This document shows, piece after piece, positions 19,749 to 31,312 of a stretch of DNA of 64,000 bases; the stretch's first letter is position 1, and every line of letters begins with the position of its first letter. A model generated the notes under the pieces. The model ran no database searches, was not told where the DNA came from, and worked only from the letters and a program-made list of their open reading frames with translations. The DNA comes from Candidatus Omnitrophota bacterium (GTDB lineage Bacteria; Omnitrophota; Gorgyraeia; Zapsychrales; Zapsychraceae). The stretch is taken from the NCBI GenBank assembly GCA_003528115.1, contig DOGZ01000004.1, positions 572 to 64,571 on the forward strand. The letters are read 5' to 3'. The translations under genes were made by a program, and so were the position numbers.

Positions 19749-21473
19749 TTGATGGAGGCGCTCTTATACAAAGGAAATCTTATGAAAGAAAAGGAAAAAA
19801 ATATTCTAAGAAAATATTCTTCATTGGTGACTGAGGGGTACGAACGCGCTCCCAGCCGCGCCATGTTGCGGGCAGTGGGTTTTAAAGATGCCGATTTTAA
19901 GAAACCTCAAATCGGGATAGCTTCAACGTGGGCCATGGTGACGCCTTGCAATATGCATATTAATAAACTTGCTGAGAAGTCCGCCAGGGGGGTTGATGAA
20001 AATGGGGGCAAGGGTATTATTTTCGGGACCATAACAGTCTCCGACGGCATTTCGATGGGGACGGAAGGGATGAAATATTCCTTGGTGTCACGGGAGGTGA
20101 TCGCGGATTCTGTTGAAACGGTCATGGGATGTGAAGGATTCGACGGGCTTGTGGCTATTGGGGGTTGTGACAAGAATATGCCGGGTTGCATTATGGCCAT
20201 GCTGCGTCTGAATCGTCCATCTGTTTTTGTGTATGGCGGGACGATTTTACCGGGGTGTTACCAGGACAAGGATGTGGACATTGTCTCAGTTTTTGAGGCG
20301 GTCGGCGCGTATGCCAATAAGAAAATATCGGATAAAGAATTGAAAGAAATCGAATCCTGCGCCATTCCGGGAGCGGGTTCTTGTGGAGGGATGTACACGG
20401 CCAACACGATGGCTTGCGCCATTGAGGCCATGGGGATGAGTCTTCCCAACAGTTCGGCCCAGGCGGCTATTTCCAGGGACAAGGAAGCGGATTGTCTTAA
20501 CGCCGGGAAGGCCGTGATCCATTTACTCAAACAGGGGATTCGTCCCCGGGACATCATTACACGCAAATCGCTGGAAAATGCCATCACGTTGGTCATGGCC
20601 TTGGGCGGGTCGACGAATGCCGTACTGCATCTCTTGGCCATCGCCCATAGTGCCGATGTCCCATTGACCTTAGACGATTTTGCCCGAATCGGTAAAAAAG
20701 TTCCTGTCCTGGCAGACCTGAAACCCAGCGGACGCTATGTCATGGTGGATTTAGTTAAGATCGGCGGTGTGACGCCGCTGATGAAATTACTTCTGGACTC
20801 TGGATTACTGCATGGCGATTGCCTGACGGTGACAGGTAAGACGGTAAAAGAAAATCTCTCCAAGGTTAAACCTTATCCCAAGGCGCAACAAGTCATTCGT
20901 CCTTTGAATGATCCTATAAAGAAAGAAGGACATTTAGTTGTTTTGTACGGGAACCTGGCGCCTCAGGGAGCGATTGCCAAAATCAGCGGTAAAGAAGGTA
21001 GTAAATTCGTGGGGATCGCGCGTGTTTTTGATTCGGAAGAAAGCGCGTTAAAACGTATTCTTGACGGCACGGTTAAAAAAGGCGATGTGATCGTGATCCG
21101 CTATGAAGGCCCGAAAGGCGGACCGGGGATGCGGGAGATGTTATCGCCGACCTCGGCGGTCATGGGGAAGGGACTAGGCAAAGATGTGGCGCTCATTACC
21201 GACGGTCGTTTTTCCGGCGGCAGCCATGGATTTGTGGTGGGACATATCACCCCTGAGGCCTACACCGGCGGACCGTTGGCTGTGGTGCAAGATGGGGAAC
21301 AGATCACCATTGACGCGGAAAAACGACGCCTTGACCTCCATGTCCCGGAAAAAGAGATCCAACAACGTCTCCTTCGCTGGTCGGCCCCGAAACCGCGCTA
21401 CACGCGAGGGGTTTTGAGCAAATATATGAAATCTGTCAGCTCCGCCTCTTTTGGCGCGGTGACGGATGCGTGA
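19749..21473 (+). CDS. ilvD: Dihydroxy-acid dehydratase. The true start is probably the ATG at 19782 (MKEKEKN...).
   Basis: [11 protein letters not shown]-terminus, [18 protein letters not shown] and the Fe-S cysteine CGGM. Confidence 0.9.
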   Translation: MMEALLYKGNLMKEKEKNILRKYSSLVTEGYERAPSRAMLRAVGFKDADFKKPQIGIASTWAMVTPCNMHINKLAEKSARGVDENGGKGIIFGTITVSDGISMGTEGMKYSLVSREVIADSVETVMGCEGFDGLVAIGGCDKNMPGCIMAMLRLNRPSVFVYGGTILPGCYQDKDVDIVSVFEAVGAYANKKISDKELKEIESCAIPGAGSCGGMYTANTMACAIEAMGMSLPNSSAQAAISRDKEADCLNAGKAVIHLLKQGIRPRDIITRKSLENAITLVMALGGSTNAVLHLLAIAHSADVPLTLDDFARIGKKVPVLADLKPSGRYVMVDLVKIGGVTPLMKLLLDSGLLHGDCLTVTGKTVKENLSKVKPYPKAQQVIRPLNDPIKKEGHLVVLYGNLAPQGAIAKISGKEGSKFVGIARVFDSEESALKRILDGTVKKGDVIVIRYEGPKGGPGMREMLSPTSAVMGKGLGKDVALITDGRFSGGSHGFVVGHITPEAYTGGPLAVVQDGEQITIDAEKRRLDLHVPEKEIQQRLLRWSAPKPRYTRGVLSKYMKSVSSASFGAVTDA

Positions 21474-21710
21474 TTGGTTGTTAAAGTTGTTGTAGCCAAA
21501 CAAGGGAATAGATTCGTAGACTATTTTGGCACAAACAGTCTGAAGAAAACCTTACAAATTAGGTAATTAATACAATTTTGATAATATACGTTCATCAAAA
21601 TTTATTAACGCTAAAAAGCCCTCCATCGAATATCATCTGTATTATCTCGACCCAATACCGGGAATGCCTTGATTTCTTCTTTAAGTGGAATCGGATATTA
21701 ATGGAGACAT

Positions 21711-22091
21711 ATGGACATTAATAATATTTTGGCTCTTGCCATAGGATCGCTTGCCGGAGGATTCGCCCGCTATTATATGGCGGGTTTTGTCTACCGCATC
21801 TTTGGCTCCTCTTTTCCTTATGGAACCCTTGCGGTGAATCTGACTGGGTGTTTTCTTATCGGGATCTTTTCTTCCTTCGCGGACAAGAAGTTTCTCATTG
21901 GTCCCGGGGGAAGGCTTCTTTTAATGATAGGATTCTGCGGGGCGTTTACGACTTTTTCCACGTTCATGCTTGAAACCGCCAATTTGATTAGAGATGGTGA
22001 GACATGGCGGGCTTTTTGGAATATTACTTTAAGTGTCATTGTCGGTTTCCTCGTCTTTCGTCTGGGAATCGTATTGGGAGAATGGATTTAA
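21711..22091 (+). CDS. crcB: Fluoride ion channel CrcB/Fluc.
   Basis: 126 aa with four TM helices and the characteristic GxxGxxTTFSTF motif (GFCGAFTTFSTF). Confidence 0.85.
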   Translation: MDINNILALAIGSLAGGFARYYMAGFVYRIFGSSFPYGTLAVNLTGCFLIGIFSSFADKKFLIGPGGRLLLMIGFCGAFTTFSTFMLETANLIRDGETWRAFWNITLSVIVGFLVFRLGIVLGEWI

Positions 22092-22107
22092 GGAGGTGAA
22101 CGAATTC

Positions 22108-22449
22108 ATGAAGATTCCTGCTGATGGAAAGTTGTTGCGTATTTTTATCGGTGAACAGGACAAATGGCAGGGGCAGCCTTTATATGAAGTCATTATCCAT
22201 CTGGCAAAGAAGCAGAGAATGGCTGGAGCCACGGCTTTGAAAGGCTTTATGGGGTTCGGGGCAAAAAGCCACATGCACACAACGAAGCTTCTGAGGCTTT
22301 CTGAAGATTTGCCTATCATTATCGAAATAGTCGACAGCGAAGAAAAAATCAATCAGTTTCTGCCTCATCTCGATGAGATGGTGAAAGACGGGCTGATAAC
22401 GTTAGAGAAGGCCCATGTCCTAATGTATCGTGCCGGCCAAGGGGCATAG
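22108..22449 (+). CDS. DUF190 PII-like protein, commonly paired with crcB. The start is placed at the ATG at 22108, preceded by AGGAGG.
   Basis: About 113 aa and collinear with the DUF190 family: LLRIFIGEQDKWQGQPLYE, ATALKGFMGFG. Confidence 0.65.
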   Translation: MKIPADGKLLRIFIGEQDKWQGQPLYEVIIHLAKKQRMAGATALKGFMGFGAKSHMHTTKLLRLSEDLPIIIEIVDSEEKINQFLPHLDEMVKDGLITLEKAHVLMYRAGQGA

Positions 22450-22501
22450 TTTATGGGAGTCCCCATTCAAGAAATTAAACAATCACAAGGGATGGATCTA
22501 T

Positions 22502-23572
22502 ATGCCTGGAAACACATTTGGAAAGGTTTTTAGAGTAACAACGTTCGGCGAAAGCCATGGCCCTGCCATAGGCGTCATCATGGATGGTGTTCCGCCTCAG
22601 TTGCCGCTTTGTGAATCGGATATTCAATTTGAGTTAGACCGCAGACGTCCCGGCCAAAGCAAAGTCACAACCCAACGAAAAGAATCCGATGTGGTGGAAA
22701 TCCTTTCCGGTGTTTTGGAAGGGAAAACAACCGGGACAGCCCTGGCGATGTTGATTCGCAATGAGGATCAACGTTCTAAAGATTACAGTGAAATGAAAGA
22801 TCTTTTCCGTCCCGGTCACGCGGATTATACCTATCTCGCCAAATACGGTATCCGTGATTATCGCGGCGGGGGACGCGCCTCCGGGCGAGAGACCGCCTGC
22901 CGGGTTGCCGCCGGTGCTGTGGCGAAACGAATTCTTGACCAACATAATATAAGAATTGTGGCGTATACCCTTGCCGTGGGGGATATTTACGCGAAGAAAA
23001 TTGATTGTTCGGTTATTGAAAAAAATATTGTTAGAGCCCCGGATCTAGAAATCGCGGAACACATGATCAGTAAAATCGAAGAGGCGCGCAAGAGTTGTGA
23101 TTCAATCGGAGGAATTATTGAGGCCCTTGTCCATGGATGCCCCCCCGGTCTGGGAGAACCTGTCTTTGATAAATTAAACGCCCGACTGGCTTATGCCTTG
23201 ATGTCCATCGGCGCCGTCAGGGGTATCGAATTCGGCAAAGGATTTGAAGCCGCAAAAATGTTAGGCTCTGAGCATAATGACAAGTTTTTTGTCGATGGGG
23301 ATAGAGTCCGAACATACACCAATCACGCCGGCGGCATTTTGGGTGGAATCTCCAACGGTGAGGATATTCGCTTGCGTCTGGCCATCAAACCAACCTCATC
23401 GATCGCCCAAAGTCAGAACACCGTAACCACGTCGTTAATGAAAGCCACTATTGAAGTGAAGGGGCGGCATGATCCATGCCTTTGTCCCCGCATAGTCCCT
23501 GTGGTTGAGGCTATGGTCGCTCTGACCCTCGTGGATTTCTTAATGCTCCAAAAAATAATCACGTGTAAATAA
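22502..23572 (+). CDS. aroC: Chorismate synthase. The start is at the internal ATG at 22502.
   Basis: FGKVFRVTTFGESHG, the GGGRASGRETA loop and RHDPC. Confidence 0.9.
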   Translation: MPGNTFGKVFRVTTFGESHGPAIGVIMDGVPPQLPLCESDIQFELDRRRPGQSKVTTQRKESDVVEILSGVLEGKTTGTALAMLIRNEDQRSKDYSEMKDLFRPGHADYTYLAKYGIRDYRGGGRASGRETACRVAAGAVAKRILDQHNIRIVAYTLAVGDIYAKKIDCSVIEKNIVRAPDLEIAEHMISKIEEARKSCDSIGGIIEALVHGCPPGLGEPVFDKLNARLAYALMSIGAVRGIEFGKGFEAAKMLGSEHNDKFFVDGDRVRTYTNHAGGILGGISNGEDIRLRLAIKPTSSIAQSQNTVTTSLMKATIEVKGRHDPCLCPRIVPVVEAMVALTLVDFLMLQKIITCK

Positions 23573-23582
23573 CATATCACAA

Positions 23583-24464
23583 ATGAGCCAAGCTTTAGTT
23601 ATTCTTATCACGGGTAGTTCGAGCGGATTCGGCTTCATCACCGCCAGCCGTTTGGCTTCAAAAGGCCATCAGGTGATAGCGACGATGCGCAATACGCAAA
23701 AAAAAGACGCTCTGCTGGATGAGGTCAAAAAACGGGGAGGAACTCTTGAAATTTCTCAACTAGATGTCATAAAAAAAGATTCCATCAAAGAAACCATAGC
23801 GCGGGTGATCAAAGAGTATGGACATATCGACGTCTTGATTAATAATGCCGGTTTTGGTATCGGTGGTTTCTTCGAAGATTTAACCGACGAGGAAATTCGT
23901 CAACAGATGGAAACCAACTTCTTCGGTGTCCAGAATGTCACGCGCGAGGTCATTCCCCATATGCGGCAAAGGAGGCGAGGCAAGATTATCAATATCTCAA
24001 GCGTTTCCGGTTTTTCGGCATCCCCTTGTTTTGGCGCCTATAATGCCAGCAAATGGGCGCTTGAGGCCTTCAGCGAAAGCCTGAGGTACGAATTAAAACT
24101 CTTTAACATCGATGTTGTTCTCATCGAACCCGGGACATACAAAACAAATATTTTTTTTGAAAACGCCCGTTATGCCAAAAATTTCGATAATCCGCAGAGC
24201 CCTTATTATCCGATCTCGCAATTTCTTAAAGCGAAGGTCATGAAGTTCGTTAACGCCTGTCGTAAAAATCCTGAAAATGTTGCCGCGCTGATAGAAAAAC
24301 TCATCATTCAACAACATCCGCCTTTCCGTAACATTCCTGATTGGGAAGGCAAAATTTTGTATATTTGCAGAAAGATTCTGCCCTTTGGCCTCTATAGTTG
24401 GATAATAAAACAGGCACTTTTTTATGACTTTGATGATAAAGATGAGGTTATTCAAGAATTATGA
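23583..24464 (+). CDS. Short-chain dehydrogenase/reductase (SDR) family oxidoreductase.
   Basis: TGSSSGFG cofactor-binding motif, NNAG, and the catalytic YNASK. Confidence 0.7.
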   Translation: MSQALVILITGSSSGFGFITASRLASKGHQVIATMRNTQKKDALLDEVKKRGGTLEISQLDVIKKDSIKETIARVIKEYGHIDVLINNAGFGIGGFFEDLTDEEIRQQMETNFFGVQNVTREVIPHMRQRRRGKIINISSVSGFSASPCFGAYNASKWALEAFSESLRYELKLFNIDVVLIEPGTYKTNIFFENARYAKNFDNPQSPYYPISQFLKAKVMKFVNACRKNPENVAALIEKLIIQQHPPFRNIPDWEGKILYICRKILPFGLYSWIIKQALFYDFDDKDEVIQEL

Positions 24465-26098
24465 CGGAGAATGTACTATTTCAATTAATCGGCGGATTGG
24501 GATTCTTTTTCTTGGGCATGAAGACTATGTCCGATGGCCTTAAAAGCATTGCCGGCGGAAAATTAAAAAGAATTCTCCACCATATGACCAAAATACCCCT
24601 CTTCGGGGTACTTATTGGCCTCTTAGTCACTTGCTTCATTCAATCGTCAAGCGCGACAACGATCATGGTGGTAGGGCTTGTGAACGCGGGCCTTTTGACG
24701 ATTAAACAGGCAGTCTCTGTTATCATGGGGGCCAATGTCGGAGCGACATTCACGGCCTGGTTAATTTCGTCGATGGCTTTTGTTGATATGACCGCTTATG
24801 CTTTGCCTGCCGTGGGTATAGGCTTTGCCGCCCTGTCTCTGGCCAAAACCAAAAACAAACAATCTCTCGGGAAGGCCTTGCTTGGATGCGGTCTTTTATT
24901 TGTGGGCTTGCACTTTATGGTAGAGGCCTTTAGTCCATTGAAGAATAGCGAGCATATTAAACAAATTTTTCTGGCCTGTAGTGAAAATCTTTTGATCGGC
25001 ATCATAGGAGGGATTTTGTTGACTGTTGTGTTCCAGAGTTCAAGCGCGGCCATCGCGGTTGTCCAGGTTCTGGCCTTTAACGGTGTCATCAGTTTTCCAT
25101 CGTCACTTCCGATTATCATAGGCACGATCACGGGAACGATCATGACATCTCAAATGGCCTCACTGGGCACAAATATCAACGCCCGCCGGGTTGCCATGGC
25201 GCATACGTTGTTTAATACGACAGGAGTTTTCTTTCTGATGACTATTGTTTATACCGGATGGTTTGAAGGATTTATCCACAAAATTTTCCCGGGAGAGGTA
25301 ACTTCGACCAATATTATGTTTTATATTGCTGTGACCTTCAGTGTGTTTAATATCCTCAACACTCTTGTATTCCTCCCTTTCATCAACGTGTTAGTCAAAT
25401 TGAGCATTCGTCTGGTTCCCCAAAAAGAGGAGTCTATTTATTTTGGGACACAGTACTTAGAGTATCACCTGCTGGATACCCCAAGCCTGGCTCTGGAACA
25501 GGTTCACAACGAAACTCTCTATATGTTAGGCGTCTGCAAGAAATCCGTTCTGGAGGCTGGGACTGGTTTCTTTGAAAATGATCCCCGGAAGATAGAAAAG
25601 GCTGATGAGTATGCCTCGGTGACCGACAATCTTCAGACGGAAATCACCCAATATATCGTTGAATTATCTCAAAGGCATCTTTTGCCGGAAGAATCTGAGG
25701 GGCTACCGGTTTTGATCCATCATGTCAATGATCTGAAACGTATAGGCGATCTCGCCAGAGATCTCGCTCTTTTGGCCGATAAAAAAATAGAAGAGTCTTT
25801 TTCTTTGGATGAGACGACTTCTCGAGAAATTAAACTAATGACGAATGAACTTCATCGCATGTTTGATGACGCGCAATGCATTTTAAGAAACTCCGACACG
25901 CAGATGGTTCAGAACATATGTGATCGAAAAAAACACATCGACCAATTTCATGAACAATTTAAACAGAACCACATTCAACGCCTAAAATCGATAGGAGCCA
26001 ATCTGAACGCCGAATTTGTCTGTTTGGAATTTGCGGATCATTTACGAAAGATCGCGGATAGACTAAAATGTTTCGCGGAAAATACTATGAGGGAGTGA
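24461..26098 (+). CDS. Na/Pi cotransporter family protein with a C-terminal PhoU-like domain.
   Basis: Duplicated QSSSA(T/A) signature sequences (QSSSATTIM, QSSSAAIAV) and a soluble helical C-terminal domain. Confidence 0.75.
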   Translation: MTENVLFQLIGGLGFFFLGMKTMSDGLKSIAGGKLKRILHHMTKIPLFGVLIGLLVTCFIQSSSATTIMVVGLVNAGLLTIKQAVSVIMGANVGATFTAWLISSMAFVDMTAYALPAVGIGFAALSLAKTKNKQSLGKALLGCGLLFVGLHFMVEAFSPLKNSEHIKQIFLACSENLLIGIIGGILLTVVFQSSSAAIAVVQVLAFNGVISFPSSLPIIIGTITGTIMTSQMASLGTNINARRVAMAHTLFNTTGVFFLMTIVYTGWFEGFIHKIFPGEVTSTNIMFYIAVTFSVFNILNTLVFLPFINVLVKLSIRLVPQKEESIYFGTQYLEYHLLDTPSLALEQVHNETLYMLGVCKKSVLEAGTGFFENDPRKIEKADEYASVTDNLQTEITQYIVELSQRHLLPEESEGLPVLIHHVNDLKRIGDLARDLALLADKKIEESFSLDETTSREIKLMTNELHRMFDDAQCILRNSDTQMVQNICDRKKHIDQFHEQFKQNHIQRLKSIGANLNAEFVCLEFADHLRKIADRLKCFAENTMRE

Positions 26099-26127
26099 TG
26101 AAGGAAGTTCATTCATTTGACGGCGCA

Positions 26128-26820
26128 CTAGAAAGATAACCCCATCCGCTCCTGAAGAAACTCCTCCATGCTGGAGCATAGAAGATAAGGGTTCGTTTTT
26201 TTCTGAGAACGGAGCGTGGCAAAGGCCGCATCTCCGTAATGGTGTCCAGGATAAATCATCGTCGATTCAGGCAATTTCAAAATGATATTGTAAAGGGTGT
26301 TGTACATCACCCGGGCATTACCACCCGGAAGATCAACACGGCCGCAGCCGTCGATAAACAGCGTGTCGCCTGTCACGAGGATTTCGCCCGTTTTATAACA
26401 CTGACAGCCCGGAGTATGTCCCGGGGTTAAAAGGCATTCAATCTCAATGTTACCGATCTTGATCTTCTCATGATCTTCGGTTTCACGTATATTCTTGTGC
26501 CTGGGTTTAAAAAATGAGGCTTCAAATTTGGAAATATACGCCGGGACATCCTGTTTGGATAATAGATCATTAAGTCCATTCGTATGATCGGGATGGCCAT
26601 GGGTGAGCAAAATAGCGGATATTTTCCAACCTTCCTGAGCCGCTGCGTTGCAAATAAAATCCACATCCCATGCCGGATCCACGACGGCGACTTCTTTGGT
26701 TTTCGCGTCTCCCAGGAAATACACATAATTTCCCATGGGTCCGACTTCCATCTGTTTTATGAGCAGATCCTGCGCCTGTTTCATCGAGAGCTCCTGGTTA
26801 AGAATATTTATGTCATCCAC
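26128..26820 (-). CDS. MBL-fold metallo-hydrolase (glyoxalase II-like).
   Basis: LTHGHPDHTNG metal-binding motif, with downstream His and Asp ligands. Confidence 0.7.
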   Translation of the reverse strand: MDDINILNQELSMKQAQDLLIKQMEVGPMGNYVYFLGDAKTKEVAVVDPAWDVDFICNAAAQEGWKISAILLTHGHPDHTNGLNDLLSKQDVPAYISKFEASFFKPRHKNIRETEDHEKIKIGNIEIECLLTPGHTPGCQCYKTGEILVTGDTLFIDGCGRVDLPGGNARVMYNTLYNIILKLPESTMIYPGHHYGDAAFATLRSQKKTNPYLLCSSMEEFLQERMGLSF

Positions 26821-26913
26821 GCTTTAAGTCTTGAAACTGATTATACAAAATACACCTTCCAAAGCAATGGCTAATTTAATGTAGCGATGTAGCGATCAGT
26901 CCGGTACTAGCGC

Positions 26914-26941
26914 TTGACACGCCATGAGAGAAAGTTATAAT
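26914..26941 (+). promoter_or_regulatory. Sigma70-like promoter: TTGACA, a 16 bp spacer, then TATAAT. It sits upstream of the redoxin-mntH-uspA-thiC cluster.
   Basis: ttgacacgccatgagagaaagttataat read in the sequence. About 45 nt upstream of the first gene. Confidence 0.5.
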
Positions 26942-26985
26942 GAAAACACTTTACCACCAAAAAATCAAACCAGAGGAGAAAGCGT

Positions 26986-27543
26986 ATGGTTTTACTAGAA
27001 TCAGTCACAATTCCCTTAGGTACGAAAATGCCGGATTTCGAAATCAAAGACCCTGAAGGCAAGGTTTATAAGGGGCATGACCTCTATGGCAAGAGGGGCT
27101 TGCTCGTCGCTTTTACCTGTAATCATTGCCCTTACGCCATCGCTGTCTGGCCGCGGTTCATTCGATTGGCTAATTATGCCAGGAATCTGGAGATCGCGAC
27201 CGTGGCGATTAATCCCAATATTAATCAGGCCTATCCCGACGATTCTCCTCAAAAGATGCTGATTAAAATCAAAGAATGGGGAATCAATTTTCCTTATTTA
27301 GTGGACGAGACCCAGGATGTGGCCCGTGATTTTAAGGCGCAATGCACGCCGGATATCTATTTGTTCAATAAGGATCATAAATTGATCTATCACGGACGCA
27401 TCGATGATAACTGGCAGGATGAAAGCAAGGTGACGAGAGAAGAGTTGAAAGAGGCCCTTAATCACCATGCCACCGGACAGCCAATATCACTCAAACAAAT
27501 GCCCTCCATGGGGTGTTCCATCAAGTGGCGGATTGCAAAGTAA
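26986..27543 (+). CDS. Thioredoxin-fold redoxin-family protein (thiol-disulfide oxidoreductase-like).
   Basis: FTCNHCPY CxxC-type active site in a roughly 180 aa protein. Confidence 0.6.
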   Translation: MVLLESVTIPLGTKMPDFEIKDPEGKVYKGHDLYGKRGLLVAFTCNHCPYAIAVWPRFIRLANYARNLEIATVAINPNINQAYPDDSPQKMLIKIKEWGINFPYLVDETQDVARDFKAQCTPDIYLFNKDHKLIYHGRIDDNWQDESKVTREELKEALNHHATGQPISLKQMPSMGCSIKWRIAK

Positions 27544-27610
27544 TATCGTATAAACTTAATAAATGGGCACACTACAACACTGCGCTTTTCCTGAAAAACA
27601 TCAATTGATA

Positions 27611-28975
27611 ATGTCAGAACCTTCAAAAGACGAAATAGTATCTTCAGATCATCCGGGTTGGCGAAGACCGGCTAACACGCCGAGTTTACCGGAGGTTTTT
27701 TCATCAATCTATGTCCCGCCCAATGCTCATTTTCTACGGAAGATGCTCGCTTTTGCTGGTCCCGGACTCATGGTTGCCGTCGGCTATATGGACCCGGGGA
27801 ATTGGGCCACCGATCTTGCGGGCGGCGCTCAATTTGGATACACGTTACTGTCGGTCATTTTGATTTCCAATTTTATGGCGATATTATTGCAGCATTTAGC
27901 CTTAAAGTTGGGAATCGTGACGGGGCGTGATTTGGCGCAGGCTTGCCGTGATCATTTCTCGAAACCGGCAGCCATGTTCTTATGGGGGCTTTGCGAAATC
28001 GCCATCGCGGCTTGCGATTTGGCGGAAGTCATCGGATCAGCCATAGCCCTGAATCTTTTATTTAAAATCCCTTTGGTCGTTGGTATCTTAATTACTGCCT
28101 GCGATGTTATGATCGTGCTCTTGTTGCAAAATAAAGGGTTCCGCATCCTGGAATGTCTCGTCGCGAGCCTGATCGTAATTATCGGTGGATGTTTTACCTA
28201 TGAGCTAGCGATATCCCATCCTTCCGTTCCTCTCATCCTTCAGAACCTTCTGCCAAAACCGGAAATTGTGGTCAACCCTGGGATGTTGTACATCGCTATT
28301 GGGATTCTGGGCGCCACGGTTATGCCGCATAATCTTTATTTGCATTCCAGCATTGTGCAAACCCGTGCTTTTGAACGTAATCCTCGCGGCAAGTCCATGG
28401 CGATTCGTTACGCCACCATTGATTCCACCGTCGCTTTATTGTGCGCCTTTTTCATTAATTCCGCTATTTTAATTTTAAGCGCCGCGGCTTTTCATGGAAC
28501 CATCCATGAAAATGTCGCTGATATCGGCGACGCGTATCATTTATTGACACCCGTTTTAAGCGTGCCTCTGGCCAGTGTTTTATTTGCCGTCGCGTTGCTA
28601 GCGTCGGGCCAGAATTCAACGTTGACCGGGACGCTTGCCGGGCAAATTGTCATGGAAGGTTTTCTGGAAATCCGCTTGCGTCCCTGGATGCGCCGATTGA
28701 TAACCCGTTTAGTCGCGATTGTTCCGGCCGTCATTGTCGCCATCATTTTCGGGGATAAAGGGGTTGGACAACTTTTGATCTTAAGCCAAGTCATTCTGTC
28801 GTTACAGTTAAGCTTTGCTGTTGTGCCTTTAGTCTGGTTTACCTGCGAAACAAAGAAGATGGGGCCGTTCGTTAATTCCCTTTGGCTTAAGTTGCTGGCT
28901 TGGTGTGTTACGTCCATTATTATTGGTTTGAACCTTTTTTTATTATTGCAAATCGTTATGTCTTGGTTAAAATAA
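27611..28975 (+). CDS. mntH: NRAMP-family divalent metal (Mn2+/Fe2+) transporter. The start is at the internal ATG at 27611.
   Basis: GPGLMVAVGYMDPGNWATDLAGGAQFGY signature, about 11 TM segments, MPHNLYLHS motif. Confidence 0.85.
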   Translation: MSEPSKDEIVSSDHPGWRRPANTPSLPEVFSSIYVPPNAHFLRKMLAFAGPGLMVAVGYMDPGNWATDLAGGAQFGYTLLSVILISNFMAILLQHLALKLGIVTGRDLAQACRDHFSKPAAMFLWGLCEIAIAACDLAEVIGSAIALNLLFKIPLVVGILITACDVMIVLLLQNKGFRILECLVASLIVIIGGCFTYELAISHPSVPLILQNLLPKPEIVVNPGMLYIAIGILGATVMPHNLYLHSSIVQTRAFERNPRGKSMAIRYATIDSTVALLCAFFINSAILILSAAAFHGTIHENVADIGDAYHLLTPVLSVPLASVLFAVALLASGQNSTLTGTLAGQIVMEGFLEIRLRPWMRRLITRLVAIVPAVIVAIIFGDKGVGQLLILSQVILSLQLSFAVVPLVWFTCETKKMGPFVNSLWLKLLAWCVTSIIIGLNLFLLLQIVMSWLK

Positions 28976-28981
28976 AAACTT

Positions 28982-29431
28982 ATGTATAAGCATATACTCG
29001 TTCCTTTGGATAATTCCCCGTCTGACCAGGCGATCCTGGAGCATATTCGGCCTTTAGCCAGACAGTTGAATGCTGAGTTGATCCTTGTGCATGTGGCCGA
29101 GGGTTTTGGGGCCAGATACCAGAAACAATTGAATCTAGAGGATTCTGAAGAAATGAGAAAGGACCGGGAATATCTTAACCGTTGTCAGGAAAAGTTAACA
29201 CACGAAGGTTTTAAGGTAAAAGCTCATTTGCTGGTTGGAGAGCCACCTGATCAAATTTTAAATATAGCTGAAAAAGAACAAGTGGATTTAATTGCGATGT
29301 CGACGCATGGCCATCGGTTTCTTCAAGATTTTGTGCTAGGCAGCGTGGCCGAAAATATCAGACACCGTACGGATATTCCCATTTTAATGATTCGATCTTC
29401 CAGATCAAAGGAAGGGAACATAGAAAAATAA
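28982..29431 (+). CDS. Universal stress protein (UspA family).
   Basis: MYKHILVPLDNS start and a C-terminal ATP-binding-like GSVAENIRH segment. 149 aa. Confidence 0.75.
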   Translation: MYKHILVPLDNSPSDQAILEHIRPLARQLNAELILVHVAEGFGARYQKQLNLEDSEEMRKDREYLNRCQEKLTHEGFKVKAHLLVGEPPDQILNIAEKEQVDLIAMSTHGHRFLQDFVLGSVAENIRHRTDIPILMIRSSRSKEGNIEK

Positions 29432-29439
29432 GGTAATAA

Positions 29440-31242
<1,803 letters not shown>

Positions 31243-31312
31243 TTTTCTTTAGCTACATAAAACAATATTGGGTTTGTTAAGAATTCCCAGCCATTTTTCT
31301 GGCGGATAATTT

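Noticed and set aside
21474-21710. Searched for a fluoride (crcB-motif) riboswitch upstream of crcB.
   Set aside because: The conserved GATGG/GTTC, AACCGCC and GATGATGCCTAC elements are not present. Only a superficial GGGAATGCC similarity was seen.
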